A program made the translations under genes and the position numbers. A DNA stretch of 61,050 nucleotides from Octopus bimaculoides (lineage: Eukaryota). Positions 13,237-24,739 of the stretch are shown one piece after another; within the stretch, counting starts at the first letter, position 1, and every line of letters starts with the position of its first letter. Under the pieces are notes generated by a model, which searched no databases, was not told where the DNA came from, and was given only the letters and a program-made list of their open reading frames with translations. The stretch spans positions 117,604,037 to 117,665,086 of the forward strand of contig NC_068985.1 in the NCBI RefSeq assembly GCF_001194135.2. The letters run 5' to 3'.

Positions 13237-13309
13237 TATTTGTGTGTACGCATATACATGCATACAATGCATACATAATGAGAGAGGCAGAGGCGATACT
13301 GCTTAGTTA

Positions 13310-14505
13310 CAGTGTGCGTACGATATTTGAGGACAGATTTATGTTTATAAAAAAGCAGATATATAATAAACCTACTTTCCTATAATGTTATTCAATAAAT
13401 AAAGCCACATTCAACTTCAGAAATTGCTTCTATATGAGATCAAAATCATCTCCATGCTCAGATCATGTGGTCCTGGTTTATTTTGGACATTACTCTGACT
13501 ATGGCAACTTTCAAAGAATCTTTGGTCTTATCTTTGACCTCTCTCCCAACAACGCTCCACATGTAATAACCCAATGGATTGAGATCTGGGGAATTAGGAG
13601 GCCAAATGTTAGAAGTTATGTGATCAGGAAACTTTTCAGCCATCCATTCATGTGTTACTAGAGTTATGTGCGATAGTGCAGAGACTTACTGAAACACATA
13701 TGGCCTTCCATTGCATACACTGTCTATCCGGGGCTTAACAATTATTTCCAAAGACCTCAATGTAGGCAGCAGAGTTAACTCTAAGGCCTTGTAGTAAGAT
13801 GTAAGGAGGCATCACATGTCCTTCATAGCTGACAGCCCCTAAAACCATGACAGTTACAGGAAATTGTGTATGCATAACACGTGGAACTTCAGAAGGGTCT
13901 GCACATAACCATCTGTCATTCTGTTAACTTTTTATCTTGGTCTAAGTTTTTCTCGTTTGAGAAAAACACGTGAAAAAACAAATCAAATCTTCTTCTGCTG
14001 GATTTTTCAGTTTGTTTAACAGCCTTTTAGATCTGATATAGTGATTTTTCTTTTGCGCTTTCTGACAAATTGATCTTTGCTCATCATATAAGACTTATAA
14101 TTGATGTCTTCGTGGACAATATTTCTGACTGCTCCTTCTGACACATGGAGATCTTTTGCAATTGATCTCATGAACTTTCTGGGATTGCAATCAATGGTCT
14201 GTTGAACTTGTTGGATAAATTCATATGTTCTGATGAATTCAGAGCGTTTAGAATGCTCTTTATGCTTTGATACTGGTGATACGTTTCCATCTTCAGTCTC
14301 TAGCTCCTTACAAACTTCGTAGACGAAAGATCTGGCAAATTTTAAAAATCGACATATTTCTAAATCGCTGTGCTCAGCCTTTAAAACCACAATAAGAGCT
14401 GAGGGTCTACGATTATTATTTTCTGAAAGAAAGATTATACAGAGTTTGCAAAAAATTCAGCAGTGACCCCAAAAACGTTTGTCATCAAATACTTTACGCA
14501 CCTTG
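13310..14505 (-). mobile_element. Near full-length decayed maT/DD37D-like Tc1/mariner transposon
   Basis: TA-flanked TIRs cagtgtgcgtacgatatttgaggaca / tgtcatcaaatactttacgcaccttg (about 75% match). ORF pieces: ...DLEICRFLKFARSFVYEV...IDCNPRKFMRSIAKDLHVSEGAVRNIVHED and WPPNSPDLNPLGYYMW (third D replaced by G). Confidence 0.85.
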
Positions 14506-14613
14506 TATATCACATGACCATCTGCAGTCGCCGATGTCTTTCTACCATCGACTTCTTCTAATTGTCCGTATCATTGATCATTGATACAGCTATCATTACA
14601 CACCAATTTTCTT

Positions 14614-14644
<31 letters not shown>

Positions 14645-14856
14645 NNNNNNNNNNNNNNNNNNNNNNNNNNNNNNNNNNNNNNNNNNNNNNNNNNNNNNNN
14701 NNNNNNNNNNNNNNNNNNNNNNNNNNNNNNNNNNNNNNNNNNNNNNNNNNNNNNNNNNNNNNNNNNNNNNNNNNNNNNNNNNNNNNNNNNNNNNNNNNNN
14801 NNNNNNNNNNNNNNNNNNNNNNNNNNNNNNNNNNNNNNNNNNNNNNNNNNNNNNNN

Positions 14857-14893
<37 letters not shown>

Positions 14894-15369
14894 ATATATA
14901 TATATACATATAGTTGAGTTACAGTATGCATAATTATTCATACGTATTCATATATATATATACAAATATATATATGTATGTATTATGTGTGTATTATGTA
15001 TGTGTGTATGTATATAGGTATGTATGTATGTATGTATGCATGTATATCTATATACGTATATACCAACGAGAGATACACCCTCACAGAAATGTACATATAC
15101 TTCATTTGTATTTCAGGGTCTTTTGTTCTGTGCAGGAACATGCATATACAAACATGTATACATACATACATACATACGCACATATATATATGTATGCATC
15201 TATGTATGCGTGTGTATGTATACATATATGAACGTATTTGTGTGCGTGTGTCTGTGTGTGTGTGTGTGTGTGTTTGTGTGTGTATGCGTGCATATACGTA
15301 CATATATATTTATCTATGAATATATACCTGAGTATTATACCGTATCTATGTGTGTATGTTTGTTTCTCT

Positions 15370-15408
<39 letters not shown>

Positions 15409-15630
15409 TGTGTGTAGGTTTGTCTCTATGTCTTTGTGTATGTGTTTGTTCTCTAGTCACGTCCAGTCTTGTCGTCACTCAACAAACAGATAGGGACAAA
15501 CATGACACAAAATATCTCTATTGTTACATATGAAAGCAGCACAACAGCAAAATCAACAAATATTCTCTCTGTTGTACATTCAAGTGCATCCATGCATAAA
15601 GTTTCATATATACATATATGTCTGAGTGCT

Positions 15631-15675
<45 letters not shown>

Positions 15676-16129
15676 NNNNNNNNNNGTGTGTGTGTGTGTG
15701 TGTGTGTTCGTGTGTTCGCGTTGGGTGTGCGTGTCCACCTATACAACCTTACAACCCCCCCCACACACACACACATACACACACACACACATACACACAC
15801 ATACATGTGTATACATGTGTGTGCGCGTGCGTGTGTGTGTACGCGTGTGTGTGTGTCCGCGTGTGTGTGTACGTGTGTGTGTATGCGTTTGTGTGTCTCC
15901 TGTGTGTGTTCGCGTGCGAGTAGTGTGTACAGGTTTGGTGAGTATATGTTTGGTAAACGGGAAAATACATCTCAGCACATGAGAATATATGCCTTTTTTA
16001 TAGATAGTTAGCATAGGTTAAGAGTAGCTCAAGGGACGAAACTTCCGTTCATTGGCACTTAAAAGACTAGTTTCAAATCAAAGATGCTTACTTTTGTATC
16101 CCAGTCATAATGGTATTCTTCTAAGGTCT

Positions 16130-16350
16130 TGAGCTAGCAGAATCGTTAGCACGCCGAACAAAATGATCAGCAGCATTTCGTCCGTCTTTATGTCTTGTGT
16201 TCAAATTTCGCCACAGTTCTCTTTGCCTTTCATGCTTTCGGGGTCAATGAAATAACTACCATTTGAGCGCTGGGATCGATCCAATCGACTTGCTAAATCG
16301 CTGAGCTCTTCCTAAATCGCTGGCCTTGTGCCAAAATTTGAAATCCATAA
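16130..16350 (+). mobile_element. SINE family B, full length, diverged
   Basis: gagctagcagaatcgttagcacgccg...ttcaaatt..gcc...tttgcctttcat...ggccttgtgccaaaatttgaaa. Confidence 0.85.
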
Positions 16351-16399
16351 TCGTATTTCTCTGGATTGTTCTGTAATAATTACGACATCATGTGGATGA

Positions 16400-17850
16400 T
16401 GAATATTTTTCAAATGGTTTGCCCGTTACGTCATTCAATGCATAAACGTCAATCGGAGCTGTAACTTCACTCAATTCGACATAACGGATTTTCGCCCTTC
16501 TATCACTGAGTGGGGGACTGTTGATAGGGTGAGGAGCGTTAGGTTTTGCCCGATGATATGCTGCGGTGGCAGCTCTAGGCATCGACTTTACGGTGCGTGT
16601 CGGGGTATCACCCCTTTCCTTTGGCAGTGTTTTCTGGGTAGAGCATGCTGGATCAGAGGTTTTTGTTGTTCGACAGGGCTGTTGTGGTGGAGCATAGGTT
16701 CGCAACCATATGGGTCTATTATTTTCTTTTCTTTAATACCGTGTTTGGATTCAGCTATGTAGACAGGGTGGTCTTATATTAACACTTGATTGGATTGGGC
16801 ACCAACTGGACTGTCTTGCAAAGGATTTAATTTACGAACTTAGAAGCTTCGACCTCAGCGTTACTGCTGGTCCTGATACTAGTGTAGTGGACGTCTTAGA
16901 CATCACTATTAATTTAACTTTAGCATCCTAGTGAAGTCATTCGTTGCATTAGTGGAGGCTCTAATCACCTACCTAACATCCGATGAATATTGGTGGAGAT
17001 GTGTCTGAGGTTTCATCCTGTAAGGGAACTTTTGTCCGTGCTATTATGTTTTGCAGCATGGCTTTAACGATGTCATGAAATTCATCTATCGGCACGGAGC
17101 AGCTAGCGCTGGGAACACCAGAGAGGTGGGAGATTGGTGGTGCAACCACCATTTCGGTTTGGACGTTGGAGCCAGTGCTGCCGAACGATCATTCCTGAGC
17201 CTAATGAGCAGACACTTCCAAAGTGACCGTAATTTCACGAGAATTTTTATGCATATAATCCCCAGTTCTGGATATGGCTGCACGGAAGACTTTGTCTGTT
17301 CCCTAGCCTCTCCTTTGGTATGCGCTTTCTCACTTCAATGTAGTTGCCTCGGCAGGGGTGAATGTCGTCTTCGTGGTAGATGGCTTCAGGAAAGTATCAT
17401 TTACTGTGCTAAAGTCTCAGCCAGCAGTGGCAGTGAAGGTGATGGTTACTACATATGCCTTACTGGGGGCACATTTAGATTGAGATATACCCAGCTTGCG
17501 TGCACTTTCGGATATGAAGAAAGAGAATAAGCAACAGGTCATTCGAAATACATTTGGAGCTTAAAAGAGAAAGGCATCACCAACTACATCAAATAGTCTG
17601 TTATAGAGTTTTCTACAGCTCATATAAACGTTTGGAGCTTAAAGGAGGAAAGCATCACGAACTACATCAAATGGTCTGTTATAGAGTCTTTTACAGCTCA
17701 TATAAACAGTAACAACGTCACGTCTGCTTAGAAGAGAAATTTAACAACCTCATTCAACCCTTCAGACTATAAAATTGTATGAGTTGAATTTTCATGTCCT
17801 CTTCAAAGGAGGTTCCTTCTATGATTCTTCAAACTACCAACTGGATAACA
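16400..17850 (+). mobile_element. Decayed Penelope-like element: reverse transcriptase plus GIY-YIG endonuclease remnant
   Basis: Manual translation in order: QFDITDFRPSITE (cf. QFDIxxFYPSI), FVVRQGCCGGA*VRNHMG (cf. FDVTMGSYDGAEVCELVG), LCRQGGLIL (cf. LYRDDGL), VDVLDITINL, GSNHLPNI, CSCLGRGECRLRGRWLQESIIYCAKV, YYICLTGGTFRLRY, SKYIWSLKEKG, CLEEKF. Consensus motifs are recalled, not searched. Confidence 0.85.
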
Positions 17851-18440
17851 CTCTGCATGCCCCTAATCATCCCTGGAAATATTCAAACGTTTACCCTTTG
17901 CTTCACCCTCATCGATATTAAATTGTCTTTGTAAGATCGCCACTACTCTGGACGATGCCTCTATACTATATATCAGCCTTTAAAAGCTGCAACCTTTACA
18001 CATTTGATATATCTACACCAACAATTCGCTACATCATCGTTTCTTCATTTTCTTTTACGTTTCAGTTTGTACACTACATTCTTTATTTTACAGTTTTGTA
18101 TACCGCTTTCTACTGTTATTGTATTGCGATTTATTAACTAGCATTCTACTCCCCTCATAGCAAAGAACATTCATTTAACAAAAAGAGACAATTTACCGCC
18201 ATTCTTAATTTCCTATGTTTAATCGACCCTCTTTTTCAGCCATTAATTTTCACTTATTTTAATTTTGCATTATTTATTTATTCTTGTTATTACATTCAAT
18301 TTATTTATTCATCCATTTATTTATTTATATAATTATTTACACACTATTCAGTAATATTTTACATCACATTGCCAACCCTTTATCGCAAATCCTATGTAAT
18401 TTCACTATTTTATATACATTATATACTTCGTATGCTTAGT

Positions 18441-18706
18441 GGAGGCGCAATGGCCCAGTGGTTAGGGCAGCGGACTCGTCATAGGATCGCGGTTTCGATT
18501 CCCAGACCGGGCGTTGTGAGTGTTTATTGAGCGAAAACACCTAAAGCTACACGAGGCTCCGGCAGGGGATGGTGGCGAACCCTGCTGTACTCTCCCACCA
18601 CAACTTTCCCTCACAACTTTCTCTCACTCTTACTTCCTGCTGTGCCTGAAATTCAAAGGGTCAGCCTTGTCACACTGTGTCACGCTGAATATCCCCGAGA
18701 ACTACG
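18441..18706 (+). mobile_element. tRNA-derived SINE family C, young copy
   Basis: A-box TGGCCCAGTGG (18451), B-box GGTTTCGATTCC (18491). The head is nearly identical to the minus-strand copy at 40880-40979. Confidence 0.9.
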
Positions 18707-19038
18707 TGTGTTTGTATGCATAGGGACAGAGAGACACAGGGACATATATATTCATGCACCATGTCTGAAAAAATCAGCGATCTGAAGGCTTCCGCTTCTG
18801 AACGGTGTCTCATGAACTAAGGCTGTTGTCTCCTTGTACAAACACACACACTCGCACACATACACGCACCACACACACACACACACATACACGCGCGCAC
18901 GCATACACACGCACGCACATGAAAAACAAAGAAATGTTGATGTCCAAGTTTGTAAAACGCAATCACCATCGAAGTAACAATTGGTTGTTAGCGTTTCTCT
19001 CTCACTTTTTCTCCCTCTCTTACACATTCATTCACTTT

Positions 19039-19084
<46 letters not shown>

Positions 19085-19667
19085 TCTCTCTCTCTCTCTT
19101 TCACACACACACATATTCATTCCCTTTCACTTTCTCCCTCTCTGTCTCACTCTTTCTTTTTCTCTCGCCATCAATTCGTTGCCATTACAAATTGTGTAGT
19201 AACAAACTAGACAAATTGGTGTCGCTAAAACCTCAATATTTATAGTCAAATACAAAGACAATCGCATATTCACACGCACACACACACTCATAATACGTGA
19301 CTCTGTGTATGTATAGAAGTAATAGCATACTTATATATATATATGTCATACATTTATATGTATGTATGCATACATGCCCCAGAACCTCCCAAAACTAGAA
19401 ACCATTATCTAAGCGTTATTTAAGCCTGATGAGATTATAGAATAAATAACCCAACATCAATTTCAGTATGAATCTACACTTTCAAGTTTATGAGAATGAA
19501 GGACAACTAAGAATAACGAGACCACAAGTTATAAAAAATTGATAAAGAAGCATATGGAATATGCATTCTCATCATCAGCTGCTCATACGGATATCACTGT
19601 GGTTTCGACACCTGGGCAATATTTTTCATCTCTCGATGTCATCTGCGTTACAAACCTAAATGCATTT

Positions 19668-19932
19668 ATTCTTTTACATATTTCAGTCATTTGAGTGCGG
19701 CCATGCTGGAACACAGTCTTAAAGGTTTTTCTTAGTCGATTCTTTGTAAGCCTAGTACTTATTCTATCTGTCACTTTTGTCGAACCGCTAGTTTACGGGG
19801 GCGTAAACACACCAACAGCGTTGTCAAGTGATGGTAGGGGAACAAAGACAGACACAAAGGCACATTCAAATATATATTTATATGTATGTATGTATGTACG
19901 TATGTATGTACATATATGTATATATGTATATA

Positions 19933-19966
<34 letters not shown>

Positions 19967-20038
19967 CATATATATGTACATACATACATATATATCTATA
20001 TACATGTTCATACATACATACATATATATATATACATG

Positions 20039-20070
<32 letters not shown>

Positions 20071-20214
20071 CAACGGGTTCTTTCAGTTTCCATCTACCAA
20101 TCTGCGAAATCCACTCACAAGGCTTTGGTCGGCTCGAGGCTATAGTAGAAGACACTTGCCTAAGGTGTCACGCAGTGGGACTGAAACCGAAGCTTCTTAC
20201 CACACAGCCACGTC
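19668..20214 (-). mobile_element. SINE family A with expanded internal (TA/TACA)n microsatellite
   Basis: 3' half at 19668-19865 and 5' half at 20070-20214 are separated by a microsatellite of about 200 bp. Confidence 0.85.
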
Positions 20215-20394
20215 ATTTACACTCACACTTAACGCACACATGTTTGTAACAAATAATTACATCAAATGCCTCTCAGGTTTAGCTGTATGAACTTGTGTGT
20301 ATGTACGTGTATCTATGTGCGTATTTGCTCGCATGTATAAGATCCTGGGGTGTCAAGCCCTTAAGATGAGGATTGAAAGCTATATCAGTTCCTG

Positions 20395-20520
20395 AACTCT
20401 AACCCATTCCATAGAAACAAATTCCCCACCATTTCATTTGGAGTAAAAATCAAATACAATTACAGCTTAGATTCAAGGGTCCACACCTTTTCAATACCTT
20501 ATCAAGAAATCCTTAGGACG
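20395..20520 (+). mobile_element. Short CR1-type LINE 3' fragment
   Basis: With a 1-bp deletion it reads SL(G)FKGPHLFNTL, matching SLGFKGPQL / SLGFRGPQLFNAL in the CR1 copies at 55-56 kb. Confidence 0.55.
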
Positions 20521-20689
20521 GACCCATCCAAGAATGACGAAGATATACGAGATAAGATAAGAAAAAAACAAATAAAATGAGGAAGACTGGCGTGGCAAAC
20601 AAAAATATAAAAAAAAGGTGTCAGACAAGCAAAACTGGTGGTGGAAAGAAAGCGGCGAAAGAGCAGTCAAAGAATATGTAGAATGAAAA

Positions 20690-20770
20690 TAAACATGCCA
20701 GTTGAAAAGAGCTGAAGAAGGTTTAACGTTTCGGGTTATGCTCTTTATCAGAGGAGAGAAAGAAAAGTAA
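20690..20770 (-). mobile_element. Penelope-like terminal fragment with degenerate hammerhead-like motif (copy 3)
   Basis: Minus strand reads CTGATAA A GAGC ATAA CCC GAAACGT T. Confidence 0.45.
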
Positions 20771-21455
20771 TAATTATTCTAATAGAAACACAGAGGCTGA
20801 AATTGTGAGGGAGGGGTCAAGTCGATTTCATCAATCCCAGTACTTATTTGGTTGTGATGGTTGTAGTAGTAGTAGCAGTAGTAAAGGCGGTAGCAATCTG
20901 TTCCCATGAGGATGGCTAGATGTTAGCTTGAACCAAACCCACCCACTTAGAAAAGGAATCAAATTGTCCAAGATAAGGGAAACCAAGGAATTACATCAAC
21001 TGGATTAAAACCTCGAAAGAATATTAGAAGACACGCTAGCAAGAACTACTGAGTGAAAAGATTATGTCTATTTTTAATACTACAAGGTTTAGATGTGGAT
21101 GTATTTTTAAAATATTATCTGAAATATCAGACGAATTCATATTACAACAAATGAGTGCAGTTTTGTCCAGCTCCATGATTCACCAGAACCAGACACAAGG
21201 AGAGATGCGGAAGTGGAATAATGTGGACCAATCATGGCAACAACCACTGGCTAAATCAAGCAAGAATATATAAGTAAACATACACATATTTCAGTTTTCA
21301 AATTTTGACAAAAAAGCCACCAACTCTAGGGATTAGTCGACCTAAGCACTTGGTTGATACCTTATTTTATCGATACCCCCAAAAGGATAACAGGCAAAGT
21401 TCTGTTCAGCAGGATTTTGCACGCACGCACATACACATACACTCATACACACACT

Positions 21456-21693
21456 CGGCGAGCTGGCAGAAACGTTAGCACGCCGGGCGAAATGCTTAGC
21501 GGTATTTCGTCTGCTGCTACGCTCTGAGTTCAAATACCGCCGAGGTCGAATTTGCCTTTCATCCTTTCGGGAGGGGGGGGGTCGATTAAATAAGTACCCG
21601 TAACGCACTAGGGTCGATATAATCGACTTAAACCGTCTGTTTGTCCTTGTTTGTCCCCTCTGTTTGTAGCCCCTTGTGAGTAGTAAAGAAATA
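21456..21693 (+). mobile_element. SINE family B, young full-length copy
   Basis: ggcgagctggcagaaacgttagcacgccgggcgaaatgc...ctgagttcaaataccgccgaggtcga..tttgcctttcatcctttcgg...; B-box-like GAGTTCAAATACC. Homologous to the minus-strand copy at 34205-34396. Confidence 0.9.
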
Positions 21694-22551
21694 ACACTCA
21701 TACACACACTCGGCGAGCTGGCNNNNNNNNNNNNNNNNNNNNNNNNNNNNNNNNNNNNNNNNNNNNNNNNNNNNNNNNNNNNNNNNNNNNNNNNNNNNNN
21801 NNNNNNNNNNNNNNNNNNNNNNNNNNNNNNNNNNNNNNNNNNNNNNNNNNNNNNNNNNNNNNNNNNNNNNNNNNNNNNNNNNNNNNNNNNNNNNNNNNNN
21901 NNNNNNNNNNNNNNNNNNNNNNNNNNNNNNNNNNNNNNNNNNNNNNNNNNNNNNNNNNNNNNNNNNNNNNNNNNNNNNNNNNNNNNNNNNNNNNNNNNNN
22001 NNNNNNNNNNNNNNNNNNNNNNNNNNNNNNNNNNNNNNNNNNNNNNNNNNNNNNNNNNNNNNNNNNNNNNNNNNNNNNNNNNNNNNNNNNNNNNNNNNNN
22101 NNNNNNNNNNNNNNNNNNNNNNNNNNNNNNNNNNNNNNNNNNNNNNNNNNNNNNNNNNNNNNNNNNNNNNNNNNNNNNNNNNNNNNNNNNNNNNNNNNNN
22201 NNNNNNNNNNNNNNNNNNNNNNNNNNNNNNNNNNNNNNNNNNNNNNNNNNNNNNNNNNNNNNNNNNNNNNNNNNNNNNNNNNNNNNNNNNNNNNNNNNNN
22301 NNNNNNNNNNNNNNNNNNNNNNNNNNNNNNNNNNNNNNNNNNNNNNNNNNNNNNNNNNNNNNNNNNNNNNNNNNNNNNNNNNNNNNNNNNNNNNNNNNNN
22401 NNNNNNNNNNNNNNNNNNNNNNNNNNNNNNNNNNNNNNNNNNNNNNNNNNNNNNNNNNNNNNNNNNNNNNNNNNNNNNNNNNNNNNNNNNNNNNNNNNNN
22501 NNNNNNNNNNNNNNNNNNNNNNNNNNNNNNNNNNNNNNNNNNNNNNNNNNN

Positions 22552-22609
22552 GATGATGATGATGATGATGATAATGATGATGATGATATTGATGATGATG
22601 GTGATGATA

Positions 22610-22640
<31 letters not shown>

Positions 22641-22749
22641 CGACGACGACGTTGATGATGATGATGATGATGATGATGATAATGATGATGATGATATTGA
22701 TGATGATGACGACGATGATGACGACGACGACGATGATGACGACGACGAC

Positions 22750-22782
<33 letters not shown>

Positions 22783-22845
22783 AATAATGATGATGATATT
22801 GTGGTGCATAACAATAACGGTGACGCTGCTGTTGATGATGATGAC
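22552..22845. repeat. Degenerate (GAT/GAC)n trinucleotide tract
   Basis: Directly visible; source of the poly-D, poly-S and poly-M ORFs. Confidence 0.95.
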
Positions 22846-23501
22846 GAGGAAGAGGAGGAAGAGGAGTAACAGGAAGAGGAGTAACAGGAAGAGGTTAGGT
22901 CCTTATATTAAGTTGACCTATGACCAAAGACATTCCAAACGTGATCTTCCTGCCTTTTTTTTTACCTAGGCTTAATGATCCCATAATGCCATCATCTAAC
23001 GTGTTCTTATTTTCCAAGATTGTAGATTTGGCTGCTATTTCTTGCATGCCAAATGACAGCCTATAGGTTTCTCTTTTGTTTGCCGCCATTGTATTGTATG
23101 GCTTTGATTGTTTCCGTTGAAGTTTCTAACTAGCTGGCAGGAAGCCACTCAATCTAAGAAGAGTGACGTCATATGGATTCCGTTTGTCAGATTGAACCGC
23201 TCTCCCCGACCAACTCAACACCATACAGACATAGTCATTACTCAAGTGAATGAGGATTCCTTTACGTGGGTGACAGACCGGCTAGAATTAACAACTAAAT
23301 CACCTTCAAATCACACAACTGTGTCCAAAGAAGGACGCTTCACCGGATAGTGTATTTCGGTTTTATGTTTCGCTTAGAAGATTCTTGATATGATGTGAAC
23401 ACGTGTTCAGATCTTGCGTCTTGAGAAGGTCATGATGCCAATTATAAATACACACAAACATACCAGTGTCGCGCGAACGCACACTCACAATCACACAAAC
23501 A

Positions 23502-24095
23502 GGATCTATTTTAAAACGGGGGCCACATTTTTCATTAATGTTTGACGTAGTGTTTTTGGTACGGAAAGACTTTCAAACTTCGTATACTTATCTATTTTGT
23601 GTTATAGAACAGAAAAATATTTTTGTATTCGAATTTATTTCATGTAAAAAATTGTCTTATTTCGATAATTTCAACCAATCACTGACAAGTATTCAGTTGT
23701 TTACATTTACTCCTTTGGCTGATTAAGCGATGTAAAGCGTATTTANNNNNNNNNNNNNNNNNNNNNNNNNNNNNNNNNNNNNNNNNNNTTTCATTTTAAA
23801 TTTGCTTTAACCCTAACCCTAACCCTAACCCTAGGGTTAGGGTTAGGGTTAGGGGTAATTGTTTCAGAATCGTTTGTTTATGTAGTCGGCACTTAATGTA
23901 TATCGGCTGAATGGACGTCAGTGATTGGTTGAAATTACAGAAATACGACAACTTTAACATGGAATAACTTATGGATTTCTTTTTTTTTAAGAAGACTAAG
24001 AGAAAAAGATGTTTTATATGACACATTCTACCAGTGTTCCAAGTTTCAAAGTGTTTCGTTAATGAAAAATGTGGCCCCCGTTTTAAAAAAGATCC
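23502..24095. mobile_element. Non-autonomous DNA transposon (MITE) with GG-terminal 39-bp TIRs and 8-bp TSD, possibly Merlin-like, containing a telomere-repeat palindrome
   Basis: TIRs at 23502-23540 and 24057-24095 match 37/39. TSD cacaaaca at 23494-23501 and 24096-24103. Internal perfect 20-bp inverted repeat at 23667-23686 / 23917-23936. The superfamily assignment is inference from the GG ends and 8-bp TSD. Confidence 0.8.
23811..23854. repeat. Perfect 44-bp palindrome of telomeric repeats: (CCCTAA)3 CCCTAGGG (TTAGGG)3
   Basis: Directly visible. Confidence 0.97.
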
Positions 24096-24739
24096 CACAA
24101 ACATATACATGCACACACATGCACATATGTATTCGCTCTCTCTATCTCTCTATCTCTCTCTCTCTCTCTCTCTTACACACACACACAGACACCCATACAC
24201 TCTCACGCACACATTTTCTCACACATTTATATAAATATATAGAACTCACAAACTAAGTGATAACCAGACCTGAAGTAGACTTGCAGTAGAGGGGGGCAAC
24301 ATTTACTGATGAGTTCGCAAAAGAAAGGACTTTGACAAATCTTGCTGACTGGTTTATTGACCGAACGATTAATCAAACAATCGGTTAATTAATTGGATAA
24401 ACGGTTAAACAATCGACTAATTATAATACAAGAAATGAAATACAACCAGTGCGTGTGTTCATCATTGTCATAATGACCTCTCGAAAGACAACAAAATTGG
24501 ACAATGTCGTCCTGAAGATAAAGACAAAATGGTCATGTGTGAAACGCTCCTCCTCGTTGAGAGACTCAATCGAGATTGGCATGAAGGCTAGGGTAACTAA
24601 AAGTAGCATGAGCACACTTCATTGAAAACGTGACCTGAAAAATAAAAACATGTGGATGTTGGCTTCGTCCTTGTTGTTGTTCAGACCCAGTCCATATACA
24701 TTTTGTGTATGATATAGATCAATATGTAATAATAGTACA

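Noticed and set aside
18441-18530. tRNA gene suggested by clean A and B boxes
   Set aside because: It continues directly into a SINE body, has no acceptor-stem closure or T-run terminator, and has dispersed copies in the window.
21342-22969. Long poly-D, poly-S, poly-I and poly-M ORFs of up to 490 aa
   Set aside because: Produced by a (GAT/GAC)n tract plus an N-gap; there are no splice signals or non-repetitive coding context.
23811-23854. Ancient chromosome end-to-end fusion site
   Set aside because: The orientation is (CCCTAA)n(TTAGGG)n, opposite to a fusion scar, and the tract lies inside a TIR- and TSD-bounded element.
24306-24330. CTGATGAG...GAAA hammerhead core
   Set aside because: Stem II (GTTCGCAAAA) does not close without two insertions, and I found no convincing stem I or cleavage triplet.
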